A stretch of DNA of 64,000 nucleotides from an uncultured Gammaproteobacteria bacterium (lineage in GTDB: Bacteria; Patescibacteriota; Microgenomatia; UBA8517). The stretch spans positions 602,201 through 666,200 of the forward strand of contig CAYRUS010000001.1 of the NCBI GenBank assembly GCA_964427735.1. The letters run 5' to 3'. The notes beneath the pieces were generated by a model. It was not told where the DNA came from. It did no database searches and saw only the letters and a program-made list of their open reading frames with translations. Position 1 is the stretch's first letter, and each line of letters begins with the position of its first letter. Shown here one piece after another: positions 1-9,134 of the stretch. The position numbers and the translations under genes are program-made.

Positions 1-3
1 GTA

Positions 4-465
4 TTAACTTTTGTTCTTTTCTGAACTTTTTCCTCTTTTTTTCATAGTAGCTCGTAGTAATCCTCCGGTATTTCCTGCCCAATCTGAAAGCGTCCATGTT
101 CCCGACTGAACTGTTACATTTGTATACTGAGGAATAACAACAGCCTGTGCCTGAGAACTGCCTGAATCAGTATATGTGTATTGAAGTGGTTGTGAGAGTG
201 TGATTGAAGTTGTTCCTCCACCTGAAGCAACTTTGTTTATCTCCCACTGTCCAACTCCAGTCCCTCTTGATTGATGGATAAGAATTATGTCGCCATTAGC
301 AAGCGAGGTCCCTGCTGTTGTTAAAGAGGTTGACCCAGATGTCCCACTGCAAGACTCATAGGTCATAGTGGGGATTGTAGCTGAAGAATATGCACCATCT
401 GACCCGTCACCGAAGGGTTTGCCTGGTAATACTCTTGTTAGCTTTTGCCAATCGTTTAATGCCAT
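4..465 (-). CDS. Phage virion/adhesin-like protein, probably C-terminally truncated
   Basis: G/S/T-rich beta-structure (FGDGSDGA..., GDIILIHQSRGTGVGQWEIN); switches abruptly after WAGNTGGLL to an A-rich, K-rich tail. Confidence 0.55.
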   Translation of the reverse strand: MALNDWQKLTRVLPGKPFGDGSDGAYSSATIPTMTYESCSGTSGSTSLTTAGTSLANGDIILIHQSRGTGVGQWEINKVASGGGTTSITLSQPLQYTYTDSGSSQAQAVVIPQYTNVTVQSGTWTLSDWAGNTGGLLRATMKKRGKSSEKNKS

Positions 466-466
466 G

Positions 467-1207
467 TTAGCTAAAGTTCAAAGCTCCCTGTCCAAAATAG
501 TTAGTCCCGTCAAAGTAAAAAGATACAATGTCCACTGCGTTAGCTGCTGTTGAAAGTGTTGGTGCTGTCCCTTCAGGCCATAGAACCTCTGCTGGCCACG
601 TTACAGTGCGTGAACCAGTTGCATCCTGCACTAGTTTTAAAATGAGGTTCGCCGGTCCAGAGGGGTCTGTGAAGGTAAAGGTCACATCGTCTGTAAGAGT
701 TGATTTTTGCTTGTTCCCTGCCGTCCAGTCAATTGTGTCGGCTGTTCCTGAGTTTCCATTATCTACTTCAGCGTCAAAGTAAACCTCCTTTTTAAAAGGT
801 GGGGGTGTTTGTGAATCAACGTAAGCTTTGATTGACTGCTGAGTTGCCAATTTGGTAGCCGAATCAGAAGACATATCATCTTCATCTAAAACAGCCGTTC
901 CAGAGACGCTTGTGTTTAGAACAGGTGACGTAAGAGTTTTGTTTGTAAGAGTTTCAGTACCCGCCAAAGTAACAAAGCTCCCATCTGAAAGAGCTGCATT
1001 AAATTCGGCAGTTGTCCCTGTAAGAGTGTTATCTGTGAGGTCTACAGTCTTATTAGTAAAGGTGGTTGTGCTATCTGCGGTCACTGATATGAGGTTAGCA
1101 TAGGTTATTTGTTTGTTTGTCCCTTGAGAGACATCAACAATTTCAAGCAGGTCTCCACTTGCTGGTGTAGCTAGTCCCTCCAAAGCTGATATTTTTTTGT
1201 CCGCCAT
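467..1207 (-). CDS. Phage tail-fibre-like protein
   Basis: MADKKIS.L start, TLTNKTLTSP repeats, VLDEDDMSSDSATKLATQQSIKAYVD motif and C-terminal QDATGSRTVTWP...PTLSTAANAVD module, all typical of phage fibre proteins. Confidence 0.7.
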   Translation of the reverse strand: MADKKISALEGLATPASGDLLEIVDVSQGTNKQITYANLISVTADSTTTFTNKTVDLTDNTLTGTTAEFNAALSDGSFVTLAGTETLTNKTLTSPVLNTSVSGTAVLDEDDMSSDSATKLATQQSIKAYVDSQTPPPFKKEVYFDAEVDNGNSGTADTIDWTAGNKQKSTLTDDVTFTFTDPSGPANLILKLVQDATGSRTVTWPAEVLWPEGTAPTLSTAANAVDIVSFYFDGTNYFGQGALNFS

Positions 1208-1209
1208 TG

Positions 1210-1407
1210 TTATTCAAGCAATCTCCTCTCTCCAGTCTCCAAAATCCTTACACTCCCATCCTCCAGTAGCCTTAAGCCATCTGAGGGGTCGTCTGGCTCC
1301 CAATTAGTGCTTACTGTGGTTTCTTTAGCCCAATCAGTTGCGTTTATCGTCTCACTCGTCCAGTCCGTTGCATTTGTTGTTTCTTTTTCCCAATCAGTAG
1401 CAGCCAT
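1210..1407 (-). CDS. Small phage virion-associated repeat protein
   Basis: Three to four 10-aa ATDWxxET repeats followed by an LLEDG...ILE..LLE motif; sits inside the fibre operon. Confidence 0.6.
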   Translation of the reverse strand: MAATDWEKETTNATDWTSETINATDWAKETTVSTNWEPDDPSDGLRLLEDGSVRILETGERRLLE

Positions 1408-1408
1408 A

Positions 1409-1759
1409 TTAGATTCCTCCTGGTATTTGTGGTTTGGGTTGAATGCTATTAGCCTCGTCGATTTTGCTTAGAGTTTTAAGCCTTGAGTCGAGTGCTTTTA
1501 AAATAATCTCTGCTTCAAATGAACCTGGTGCAGCACCTGCTCCTGTAGATTCTTGTTGAGGCTGTGGTGTAGGAACTGCAGCTCCAGCGTCCTGTGGAAC
1601 GTCAACAGGAAGCATACCTGGCTCAAAAGAAGCTGAAGCGGGGGATTGCTGACTAAGTACACCTGCACTCATACCACGTCTGTTCATCGCTTCCTGAAGA
1701 GCCGATCCTGCCCCTCCTATGGCTGCCCCAAACGATCCGGTGTTTTGCTGTGGTTCCAT
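1409..1759 (-). CDS. Hypothetical phage protein (G/A/P/Q-rich)
   Basis: First ORF of the minus-strand module; 1-nt gap to the next ORF. Confidence 0.6.
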   Translation of the reverse strand: MEPQQNTGSFGAAIGGAGSALQEAMNRRGMSAGVLSQQSPASASFEPGMLPVDVPQDAGAAVPTPQPQQESTGAGAAPGSFEAEIILKALDSRLKTLSKIDEANSIQPKPQIPGGI

Positions 1760-1771
1760 GGTCTTTAAAAC

Positions 1772-1794
1772 AAAAAACCCGCCTTTCGCGGGTT
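1772..1794 (-). terminator. Intrinsic terminator-like hairpin immediately upstream of ORF 1759
   Basis: Minus strand AACCCGC-GAAAG-GCGGGTT followed by TTTT. Confidence 0.6.
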
Positions 1795-1811
1795 AGATTA
1801 CCTCTTATTTC

Positions 1812-1820
1812 ATTATAGCA
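1812..1820 (-). promoter_or_regulatory. Extended -10 promoter (TGCTATAAT) toward the phage genes
   Basis: Exact TGnTATAAT on the minus strand, about 50 nt upstream of ATG 1759. Confidence 0.5.
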
Positions 1821-1823
1821 TTT

Positions 1824-1852
1824 TTGACTTTACATAAACAACCAATTATACT
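1824..1852 (+). promoter_or_regulatory. Sigma70 promoter for ORF 1862
   Basis: TTGACT-17 bp-TATACT, 9 nt before the ATG. Confidence 0.65.
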
Positions 1853-1861
1853 GTCGGGCAT

Positions 1862-2062
1862 ATGTTATTTTTAATCGTTTTTCTTGCACTGGCCTCGTTC
1901 CCTCTTTTTTGGGGAATAGTATTCGGTTCTCTTGTTTGGCTTGATGATTTGTGGAAGCCAAAAGAGAACAAGCCTCAAGACGTAAAAGTTAACGTCGAGA
2001 CTTCAGAAAGCGAAAAAGATATTTTTGATAACCTCACAGAAGTTTTAGATAGAGTGTCCTAA
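1862..2062 (+). CDS. Small membrane protein, possibly truncated
   Basis: N-terminal hydrophobic helix and good promoter; frame stays open after the TAA until TGA at 2147-2149. Confidence 0.55.
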   Translation: MLFLIVFLALASFPLFWGIVFGSLVWLDDLWKPKENKPQDVKVNVETSESEKDIFDNLTEVLDRVS

Positions 2063-2145
2063 AGTCCTAAAGCAGCTCTTCCTATTGTCGCTCTCCACAA
2101 AGCCCTTATCCACGATGCAATTAAGCTTAACGAAAAAAGTAAAAA

Positions 2146-2496
2146 ATGAAAAAACACAGGATTTACACAACAAGTTTTGCAAGTGTGTATCCACACTATC
2201 TTACAAAAGCTAAGAAAAAAGGCCGTACCAAGACAGAAGTTGACGAGATTATCTATTGGCTTACCGGATATGATAAAAAAGGTTTGGGAAAAGTCCTAAA
2301 AGACGGAACTGACTTTGAAACATTTTTTTCAAAAGCTCCAGGAATGAATTCTAAAAGAAAATTGATTACGGGTATTGTTTGTGGAGTACGAATAGAGGAA
2401 ATTAAAGAAAAAACAATGAGAGAAATTCGTTATCTGGACAAGCTAATAGACGAGTTAGCAAAAGGAAGAGAGATGGAAAAAATTCTTAGAAAATAA
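2146..2496 (+). CDS. DUF2200 family protein
   Basis: [31 protein letters not shown] and [14 protein letters not shown] signatures. Confidence 0.9.
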   Translation: MKKHRIYTTSFASVYPHYLTKAKKKGRTKTEVDEIIYWLTGYDKKGLGKVLKDGTDFETFFSKAPGMNSKRKLITGIVCGVRIEEIKEKTMREIRYLDKLIDELAKGREMEKILRK

Positions 2497-2498
2497 CT

Positions 2499-2822
2499 AT
2501 GGCAAAAATTTCAGAAGGTCTTCCGGAAGTTCATAAAATTCCAAAGGACCTAAAAAAATCTCTTTTAGCTGATAAAAAGGCATTAGAGATGTGGGAAGAT
2601 ATTACACCTCTAGCACGTAACGAATGGATATGTTGGGTTACTTTTGTTAAAAAAGAAGAAACACGGAAAAATCACATAAAAAGAACAATTACCGAGTTAA
2701 AAGAAGGAACTCGAAGACCTTGTTGCTGGGTGGGTTGTATTCACCGAAAAGACAAGAAAATAAGTCCTTCTGTTAAGTATGTACTTAGCAAACAAAAAAA
2801 TCTCAGGGAAAAGTTGAATTAA
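2499..2822 (+). CDS. YdeI/OmpD-associated family protein
   Basis: P.DL..AL....W..ITPLARNEWICWV...KK.ETR...I and RRPCCW. Confidence 0.85.
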   Translation: MAKISEGLPEVHKIPKDLKKSLLADKKALEMWEDITPLARNEWICWVTFVKKEETRKNHIKRTITELKEGTRRPCCWVGCIHRKDKKISPSVKYVLSKQKNLREKLN

Positions 2823-2901
2823 AACTTCAAGTGTTGTGGCTGAATAGTGTTATGCCATTATACTTTTATATTTTGGTTCTGATTCTTGTACAATAAGTTA
2901 T

Positions 2902-3846
2902 ATGTTAATGACTCTTCTTGTATTTTGTTTTGCATTTTTTTTGCTTTGGGTTGGTTCAGGGCTTGCTGTGTCTGCTGTTACAAAACTTTCAAGAAGCTTT
3001 CATATGTCTGGTTTTTCAGCATCATTTTTAATTCTTGGTTTTTTTACTTCGTTTTCAGAAATTGCTGTTGGAATAAATGCGTTTATAGATAACGAACCTG
3101 AAATTTTTGCAGGAAGCTTAATTGGTAGCTCTGTTGTCATTTTTTTGTTTGTAACACCTTTGTTAGCAGTATTAGGAAAGGGTATTAAGCTAAACCATAA
3201 TTTTTCTTATAAAGATTTGATTTCAGCGCTCTTTGTAATTGGAATGCCAGCACTTCTTGCCCTAGATGGAAGAATTAGCGTTATAGACGCACTGGTTTGT
3301 ATAACGATATATGTTTACTTTTTTTACATGAGGGACAAAGGATTTAATTCAATAAAAAAAATCGTTTCTGTAAAGCTATCAAACACTCAATTCCATTTGC
3401 AGCTTTTGAAGATTCTTGCAGGTATAAGTTTACTACTATATGCGAGCAACTTGCTTGTTTCTCAAACAGTTATCTTAGGTGAAACTTTAAATATTTCTAC
3501 ATATTTTATTAGTTTGCTTATAATTTCTATTGGAACAAATATCCCAGAAATAGCAGTAGCTGTGCGTTCTGTACTTGCAAAGAAAAATGATATCGCTTTT
3601 GGAAACTATGTTGGATCCTCAGCTCTTAATACTCTTGAGCTAGGAATTCTAACACTTGGCACTAGAGGAACAATAGTTCTTAATCAAAATTCTGCATTTA
3701 GTTTGATGGTGTTTATCGTTGGACTAGGGTTTTTTGCTTACTTTGCTAAGAGTAAAAATGATTTATCAGGACAAGAGGCAAAAGTTTTGCTATTGTTTTA
3801 TTTTGTATTTATTGTTTTTGAAATATTAAAAACAATAGGTATCTAA
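2902..3846 (+). CDS. Sodium:calcium (CaCA, YrbG-like) antiporter
   Basis: Two alpha repeats (GFFTSFSE..., SIGTNIPE...GNYVGS); about 10 TM segments. Confidence 0.85.
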   Translation: MLMTLLVFCFAFFLLWVGSGLAVSAVTKLSRSFHMSGFSASFLILGFFTSFSEIAVGINAFIDNEPEIFAGSLIGSSVVIFLFVTPLLAVLGKGIKLNHNFSYKDLISALFVIGMPALLALDGRISVIDALVCITIYVYFFYMRDKGFNSIKKIVSVKLSNTQFHLQLLKILAGISLLLYASNLLVSQTVILGETLNISTYFISLLIISIGTNIPEIAVAVRSVLAKKNDIAFGNYVGSSALNTLELGILTLGTRGTIVLNQNSAFSLMVFIVGLGFFAYFAKSKNDLSGQEAKVLLLFYFVFIVFEILKTIGI

Positions 3847-3871
3847 AGGCAGTGTTAATAAAAATTTAGGT

Positions 3872-5554
3872 ATGGATATTTTTACAGAAATTAGCTTGAT
3901 TATTCTTCTTGTTACCTTAATTTCATTTGTAATGAAATTTTTAAAACAACCCTTTATTGTTGGGTATATTTTGTCTGGTATTATTGCTGGTCCTTATTTT
4001 TTAAACCTTTTGCATTCCAACGAGCATATAGAATTTTTTTCGACAATTGGTATAACAATATTGCTTTTTATTGTTGGGATACATTTAAGTCCTAAAGTCA
4101 TTAAAGAAACAGCAAGGGCGTCTGTAGTGACCGGTTTAGGCCAAGTAATTTTTACATTTATTCTAGGATATACGGCATGCAGATTGCTTCATTTTGACAA
4201 TATAACCTCTGTTTATACAGCTACAGCTTTAAGCTTTAGTAGTACCATTGTTGTTTTAAAACTTCTAACAGACAAAGGAGAAACTCAAAAACTATATGGG
4301 AAAATTTCAATCGGTTACTTGCTTGTACAAGACTTAATTGCGATATTTGCATTAATTATTGTGTTTGCATTTGCAAAAGCAAACGGCGGCAATTTTTTAA
4401 TGGTATTGGGGTTTCTAAGTTTAAAAGGATTGCTTTTGGTATCTGCAATTGCAATATTAAGCATTAACATCCTGCCTCATTTTCTGAAAAAAATAGCATC
4501 AGATCAAGAGTTTTTGTTTTTGTTTTCTATTGCGTGGGGACTCATTATATCTGGAATATACTATGAGCTTGGATTATCCATTGAAATTGGAGCACTTGTT
4601 GCAGGTGTTGCACTTTCAACAACTCCGTTTGCCTACGAAATAGCATCCAGACTAAAGCCATTGAGAGATTTTTTTATTCTTTTATTTTTTATATTTTTAG
4701 GTTCTCAGGTGGTTATAGATGCAATTCCACAGATACTTTTGCCTGCAATAATTATGTTTGCAATAGTTTTTATAGGAAGTCCTGTTATTGTTATTCTTTT
4801 AATGAATTTGCTTGGATACAAAAGAAAAACTGGTTTTATGACTGGTGTTACTTTTGCTCAGATTGGTGAGTTTTCTTTAATTTTTACAAGTATTGGGGTG
4901 TCAGCAAGTCATATTTCTGAAGAAACTCTCTCATTAATTACATTAGTAGCTCTTTCCACAATTGCTTTTTCAACTTATCTTATCTTGTATTCAGACAAAA
5001 TATATAGCTGGACAGAAAGAATTATAAAGCTTCTTGAAGTAAAAGAAGTTAAATACGAGAAACAAGTGTTGACCACAATAAAATACGATGTGATTCTCTT
5101 TGGCTATGACAGGGTAGGGAGTGATTTTGTAAAGACTATACAAAAACTGGATAAAGATTTTATTGTAGTTGATTATAATCCAGAAGCAATAGAAAGATTA
5201 AAAAAAGAAGAAATACCTTTTGTCTATGGGGATGCTGATGATGTGGAGTTTCTAGAAGAAATTAATATATCAAAGGCTAAACTGATTATTTCCACGATAC
5301 CAGATGTAGATACAAACAAACTTTTAGTGGAAAAAATGCAGAGGTCTAATCCAAAAGCTGTTAGTATTGTATTGTCTGATAACGCAAAAGACACAGTAGC
5401 TCTTTATGAAAAAGGTGCGAGTTATGTAATTACACCAATTTACTTAGGAGCGCAATATGCTTCGCATATGATATTAAAGCATGGATTTGATGCTAAAAAC
5501 TTTAAAGAAGAAAGAGAACAGCATCTGGAACATTTATCAAAAAGAGCTTCCTAG
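3872..5554 (+). CDS. CPA2 (Kef-type) cation:proton antiporter with C-terminal TrkA-N/RCK domain
   Basis: GYILSGIIAGP, SSTIVV.K, LVQD and QIGEFS motifs; C-terminal GYDRVG...VDYNPE...YGDA. Confidence 0.9.
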   Translation: MDIFTEISLIILLVTLISFVMKFLKQPFIVGYILSGIIAGPYFLNLLHSNEHIEFFSTIGITILLFIVGIHLSPKVIKETARASVVTGLGQVIFTFILGYTACRLLHFDNITSVYTATALSFSSTIVVLKLLTDKGETQKLYGKISIGYLLVQDLIAIFALIIVFAFAKANGGNFLMVLGFLSLKGLLLVSAIAILSINILPHFLKKIASDQEFLFLFSIAWGLIISGIYYELGLSIEIGALVAGVALSTTPFAYEIASRLKPLRDFFILLFFIFLGSQVVIDAIPQILLPAIIMFAIVFIGSPVIVILLMNLLGYKRKTGFMTGVTFAQIGEFSLIFTSIGVSASHISEETLSLITLVALSTIAFSTYLILYSDKIYSWTERIIKLLEVKEVKYEKQVLTTIKYDVILFGYDRVGSDFVKTIQKLDKDFIVVDYNPEAIERLKKEEIPFVYGDADDVEFLEEINISKAKLIISTIPDVDTNKLLVEKMQRSNPKAVSIVLSDNAKDTVALYEKGASYVITPIYLGAQYASHMILKHGFDAKNFKEEREQHLEHLSKRAS

Positions 5555-5569
5555 CAATTATTAAAACAA

Positions 5570-5941
5570 ATGACTGTACGAAAGATAAATATTCGGATTA
5601 AGCGAGTTTATGAAAAACCTGACAAATCAGATGGTGCTAGGATTTTAGTAGACAGACTTTGGCCAAGAGGGGTAAAAAAGGAAAATGCAAAGATTGATTT
5701 ATGGTTAAAAGACATAGCTCCAACGGATACGTTGCGTAAATGGTTTAACCACGATGAAAATAAATGGGAAGATTTTAAGAATAAGTACAATAAAGAGTTA
5801 AAAGATAACTTGGGTTTGTTTTCTCAACTTGAAGAATATATTAAAAAAGGAAAAGTAACACTTGTCTATAGTGCCAAAGATGAAAAACACAACAATGCGG
5901 TTGTTTTGAAAGAATATTTAGAAAAGCTATATCAATTATGA
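5570..5941 (+). CDS. DUF488 (YeaO-like) protein
   Basis: IKRVYE...[32 protein letters not shown]. Confidence 0.9.
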   Translation: MTVRKINIRIKRVYEKPDKSDGARILVDRLWPRGVKKENAKIDLWLKDIAPTDTLRKWFNHDENKWEDFKNKYNKELKDNLGLFSQLEEYIKKGKVTLVYSAKDEKHNNAVVLKEYLEKLYQL

Positions 5942-6099
5942 TCTATTTCCGCATTATTCTTAAGTATTCTTGCTAGACTAGTATTAATTACAGAAGATCC
6001 AATTATTGTTACAGGCAATATGACAAGAAGATTGTACAGCTTGCAAATGAAGGGGGACTGCGGTGTGTAATATAACATTTCTCTTGATATAATTTAATA

Positions 6100-6543
6100 A
6101 TGCTAAGTCAAATTATTAATCCAGAAGAATTACCGGTATTAATTGGTCTTTTATTAAGCATGATTGCAGGGTTTTTAATTGGTGCTGAAAGAGAGTCAAG
6201 AGGAAAAGATGCCGGAATTAGTACACACACGTTAGTAATTACTGGAGCTATGTTGTTTACATTTATGTCTTCTGTTGTTGATCCAGCTTCAAAATCAAGA
6301 ATTGCAGCTCAGATTGTTTCAGGAATTGGTTTTTTGGGAGCAGGGTTAATCTTGAAAGAAGGGTCTAATGTTAAAAATCTGACTACTGCAGCTAGTCTTT
6401 GGGTGGCTGGTGCTATTGGTATGGCTTTTGGTTATGGTTTTTATTTTATTGGTGTGATTGTGGCAATTGCAGTTACTTTAATTCCTCGAATACCCCATAT
6501 AAACAGTAAAAGTCCAGAAGCCTTAACTGAAAGAAAAACTTGA
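6100..6543 (+). CDS. MgtC/SapB family membrane protein
   Basis: IGAERE...K.AG..TH, RIAAQIVSGIGFLGAG and LTTAASLW. Confidence 0.92.
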   Translation: MLSQIINPEELPVLIGLLLSMIAGFLIGAERESRGKDAGISTHTLVITGAMLFTFMSSVVDPASKSRIAAQIVSGIGFLGAGLILKEGSNVKNLTTAASLWVAGAIGMAFGYGFYFIGVIVAIAVTLIPRIPHINSKSPEALTERKT

Positions 6544-6612
6544 TTTTCATATTAACTCAACTATTACTTCTTCTTTATTTTAATTTAAACTTTATTATCC
6601 ATTATAAATGTA

Positions 6613-7410
6613 ATGGAAGATGTTACTGTATTGATTCCAACTTATAGCAGGACTGTTGAACTGGCTATAACTCTAACTAGTCTTGCTTATCAAGAATATA
6701 AAAATTTTAGCATATTTATTTCAGACCAGAACAGGGGGGATGTTTTCAAAAATGAGTCAATTCAGACCCCAATAAGATTTTTAGAAAAAAGAGGTATAAA
6801 TGTGGAAATAAAGAAAAATTTGCCGAGGCAAGGAATGGCACAACAAAGACAATTTTTGCTTGATAATTCAAAAACCAAATATTCACTTTCTCTTGATGAC
6901 GACGTGATTTTGGAACCATGGGCAATTAAGAATATGATAAAAGCACTTGAAGAGGAGGATATTGGTTTTGTTGGAATGAGTTTACCTGGACTAAGCTATC
7001 TTGATGATATAAGACCAAAAGAGCAGATTATAGAATTTTGGGAAGGCAAAGTAGAACCAGAAAAAATTACTCCAGGAGGGAACAAATGGAAAAGACACAA
7101 ACTCCACAATGCAGCTAATATTCTACATATTCAAGAGAAATTAAACTTAACACCTGACACACAAAAGAAATACAAAATTGCTTGGATTGGAGGTTGTGTG
7201 ATGTATGACACTTCAAAATTAATTGATACTGGAGGATTTTCTTTTTGGGTTGATTTACCAAAAAATCATTCTGGAGAAGATGTGTATGCACAGCTTAAAG
7301 TTATGGAAAAATATGGAGGTTGCGGATTGATACCTACTGGTGCTTATCATCAGGAAATGCCAACTACAATAACTAATAGAAAAGTAAATGTTTCGTACTA
7401 TTTAGCTTGA
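6613..7410 (+). CDS. Glycosyltransferase family 2
   Basis: VTVLIPTY.R, ISDQ, LDDDV (DxD) and GEDV motifs. Confidence 0.85.
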   Translation: MEDVTVLIPTYSRTVELAITLTSLAYQEYKNFSIFISDQNRGDVFKNESIQTPIRFLEKRGINVEIKKNLPRQGMAQQRQFLLDNSKTKYSLSLDDDVILEPWAIKNMIKALEEEDIGFVGMSLPGLSYLDDIRPKEQIIEFWEGKVEPEKITPGGNKWKRHKLHNAANILHIQEKLNLTPDTQKKYKIAWIGGCVMYDTSKLIDTGGFSFWVDLPKNHSGEDVYAQLKVMEKYGGCGLIPTGAYHQEMPTTITNRKVNVSYYLA

Positions 7411-7420
7411 GAAATTAAAA

Positions 7421-8668
7421 TTAGCTTTTTTTGATTTCCACTCCTATAGCAGCCCAGTTATTTGCCGAACTAGCTTTACAAAAAATCTCAAAAAGATTTC
7501 CTTGTTCAGCAGGGGTATTTCCAACCCACATAGAAGTGTCTCTTGCACTTAACCCATCTGATTGGAAACTTGCTCTTTGGGTATCTTCGATTCCTGGGGT
7601 GAATGTAACCAAGTTTTTATAAGTTACTCCAGCAGAGATGTAAGATCCATTTGCCTCCGGTTGCATGTATATGTAAGGTGTATTACTAGTTGTGCCACTA
7701 GGTCTACTTCTTTTATCTACGGTACCAATTGGGTCTGCTTGATTAACTCCATTATATTGTTCTACCGTAATTAATAAATTGTGACATCCGCTATCAGTAA
7801 CTGCCTGTACGTTAAAAGTTCCAGAGGTAGGGGCAACCAAAAGCCAGCACTCGGTGTGTATTCTTGTGGTTCCTGTATCATCAGTTGAGGAATCTACTTT
7901 AGTAAAAGAAGCTTCGTTTTCTCCTCCCGGATCCAAAGTGACACTGGCAAATGAAGCAAGTTCATCTGGGTCCTGCAGCCCAACCCAGGCTAATAATATT
8001 CTATTATCGTCATCTGTAACTGTGACTTCTACAGTTACTGTAGTAGCATCATTGTTTCCGTTAGCTTGTGTAGTAAAAACATCCCCAGGAGTGGGTGTTG
8101 AGATTGCTAAACCTGTTTGAAGTGATACTTCGCTTACTAACCAGCCATCACCGACAACTTGATATTTTCCGTGTATTTCAATTTTGTAGAATTTATAGCT
8201 AATGGAGGTGGGTATGACATAAGAGTAACGGGGTACTTGAGTGCAACTTTTTCCGGCACCACGGCTTCCTTCTTCTACTGTTGGTCTTGTCCAGACTTCT
8301 GTCCAATCAGTTCCATTTAAAGAGCCATATAAAATAATCTCAGCTGTACCGCTAATCATGTGGTGGCTTTCTGCCAAACCAAAAATTATACGGTTATGGG
8401 TGCCATTAGTTTCAACTACCTGTCTGAGCCAATCTTCTTCACCAACCTGCCAACCCACTCCACCTTTGTCCTGATCCATTTCAGCTGCTGTATTAGGGAA
8501 AATTTCTGGATCACATATTGAAGTATGTATCAGCCAATGGTTATTAACAGACTCCCAGTTGTCAAATCCTCCAGGCCCTTCTGAAAAACTTCCGTTTAAA
8601 ACAAGATTATCAGATAAAGAAACCAACTTCTCTCCGGCCATCATTGGTTTTCTTGCAAGCATTACCAT
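7421..8668 (-). CDS. Signal-less two-domain beta-rich protein (galactose-binding/CBM-like N-domain plus virion-type C-domain); putative fibre tip/adhesin
   Basis: NLVLNGSF.G start and YGS.NGTDWT motif of jelly-roll domains; C-half resembles beta-sandwich modules of phage virion proteins; 5 nt downstream of ORF 9114. Confidence 0.6.
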   Translation of the reverse strand: MVMLARKPMMAGEKLVSLSDNLVLNGSFSEGPGGFDNWESVNNHWLIHTSICDPEIFPNTAAEMDQDKGGVGWQVGEEDWLRQVVETNGTHNRIIFGLAESHHMISGTAEIILYGSLNGTDWTEVWTRPTVEEGSRGAGKSCTQVPRYSYVIPTSISYKFYKIEIHGKYQVVGDGWLVSEVSLQTGLAISTPTPGDVFTTQANGNNDATTVTVEVTVTDDDNRILLAWVGLQDPDELASFASVTLDPGGENEASFTKVDSSTDDTGTTRIHTECWLLVAPTSGTFNVQAVTDSGCHNLLITVEQYNGVNQADPIGTVDKRSRPSGTTSNTPYIYMQPEANGSYISAGVTYKNLVTFTPGIEDTQRASFQSDGLSARDTSMWVGNTPAEQGNLFEIFCKASSANNWAAIGVEIKKS

Positions 8669-8673
8669 AATAT

Positions 8674-9114
8674 TTATTGCATGTCCTGACCGGCAACAAA
8701 GCCCATCCAGTTATTTCCATCAGTGCAGATAAAAACCAAGACATCGATAGCATTAGCAGCAACAGAAAGAGTAGGGGAAATTCCTCCTGACCATAAAACA
8801 GAGTTCCAGGTGACTGTTCTACTTCCAGTAGTATCTTGTCTTAGTACAACTGTAAATGATTGACCTGATACAGCAGTTGGCATAGTGATCGTGCAGTTTT
8901 GGGTTAGCGTGATGTCGTGTAGTGTGGAGGTGCTTGGGTCTGGTAGTGTTTGGGTAGCGCCTGAATCTGCGACAGTATTTACAATTTCAGTTACGAGACC
9001 AGCACTGGCCATATTATGAGTGCCATCTTCGTTGTGTTCTGTTTCTAAATATTCGTTTAGTATAGTTCCCCAGTTTCCATCATCTCCACCGGGGGTAGGT
9101 AATCTAGCTGCCAC
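8674..9114 (-). CDS. Fibre-like protein with N-terminal RLPxPGxDxGxWGxxLN motif and phage fibre C-terminal module
   Basis: Strong SD (AAGGAGG) 8 nt before GTG; C-terminal QDTTGSRTVTW.VLW..G..PTLS.AANA.D closely matches ORF 467-1207. Confidence 0.8.
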   Translation of the reverse strand: MAARLPTPGGDDGNWGTILNEYLETEHNEDGTHNMASAGLVTEIVNTVADSGATQTLPDPSTSTLHDITLTQNCTITMPTAVSGQSFTVVLRQDTTGSRTVTWNSVLWSGGISPTLSVAANAIDVLVFICTDGNNWMGFVAGQDMQ

Positions 9115-9134
9115 TTATATATCCTCCTTTCATT

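Larger units (their letters stand above)
55..1800 (-). mobile_element. Prophage remnant (virion/tail-fibre gene module); boundaries approximate
   Basis: Four tightly packed minus-strand ORFs (1-2 nt gaps), visibly GC-richer than the rest of the window, with T/S/G-rich fibre-like motifs; no integrase or capsid gene in the window. Confidence 0.65.

Noticed and set aside
5942-6070. Possible gene remnant between the DUF488 and MgtC genes
   Set aside because: Short open frames without a credible start or recognisable family
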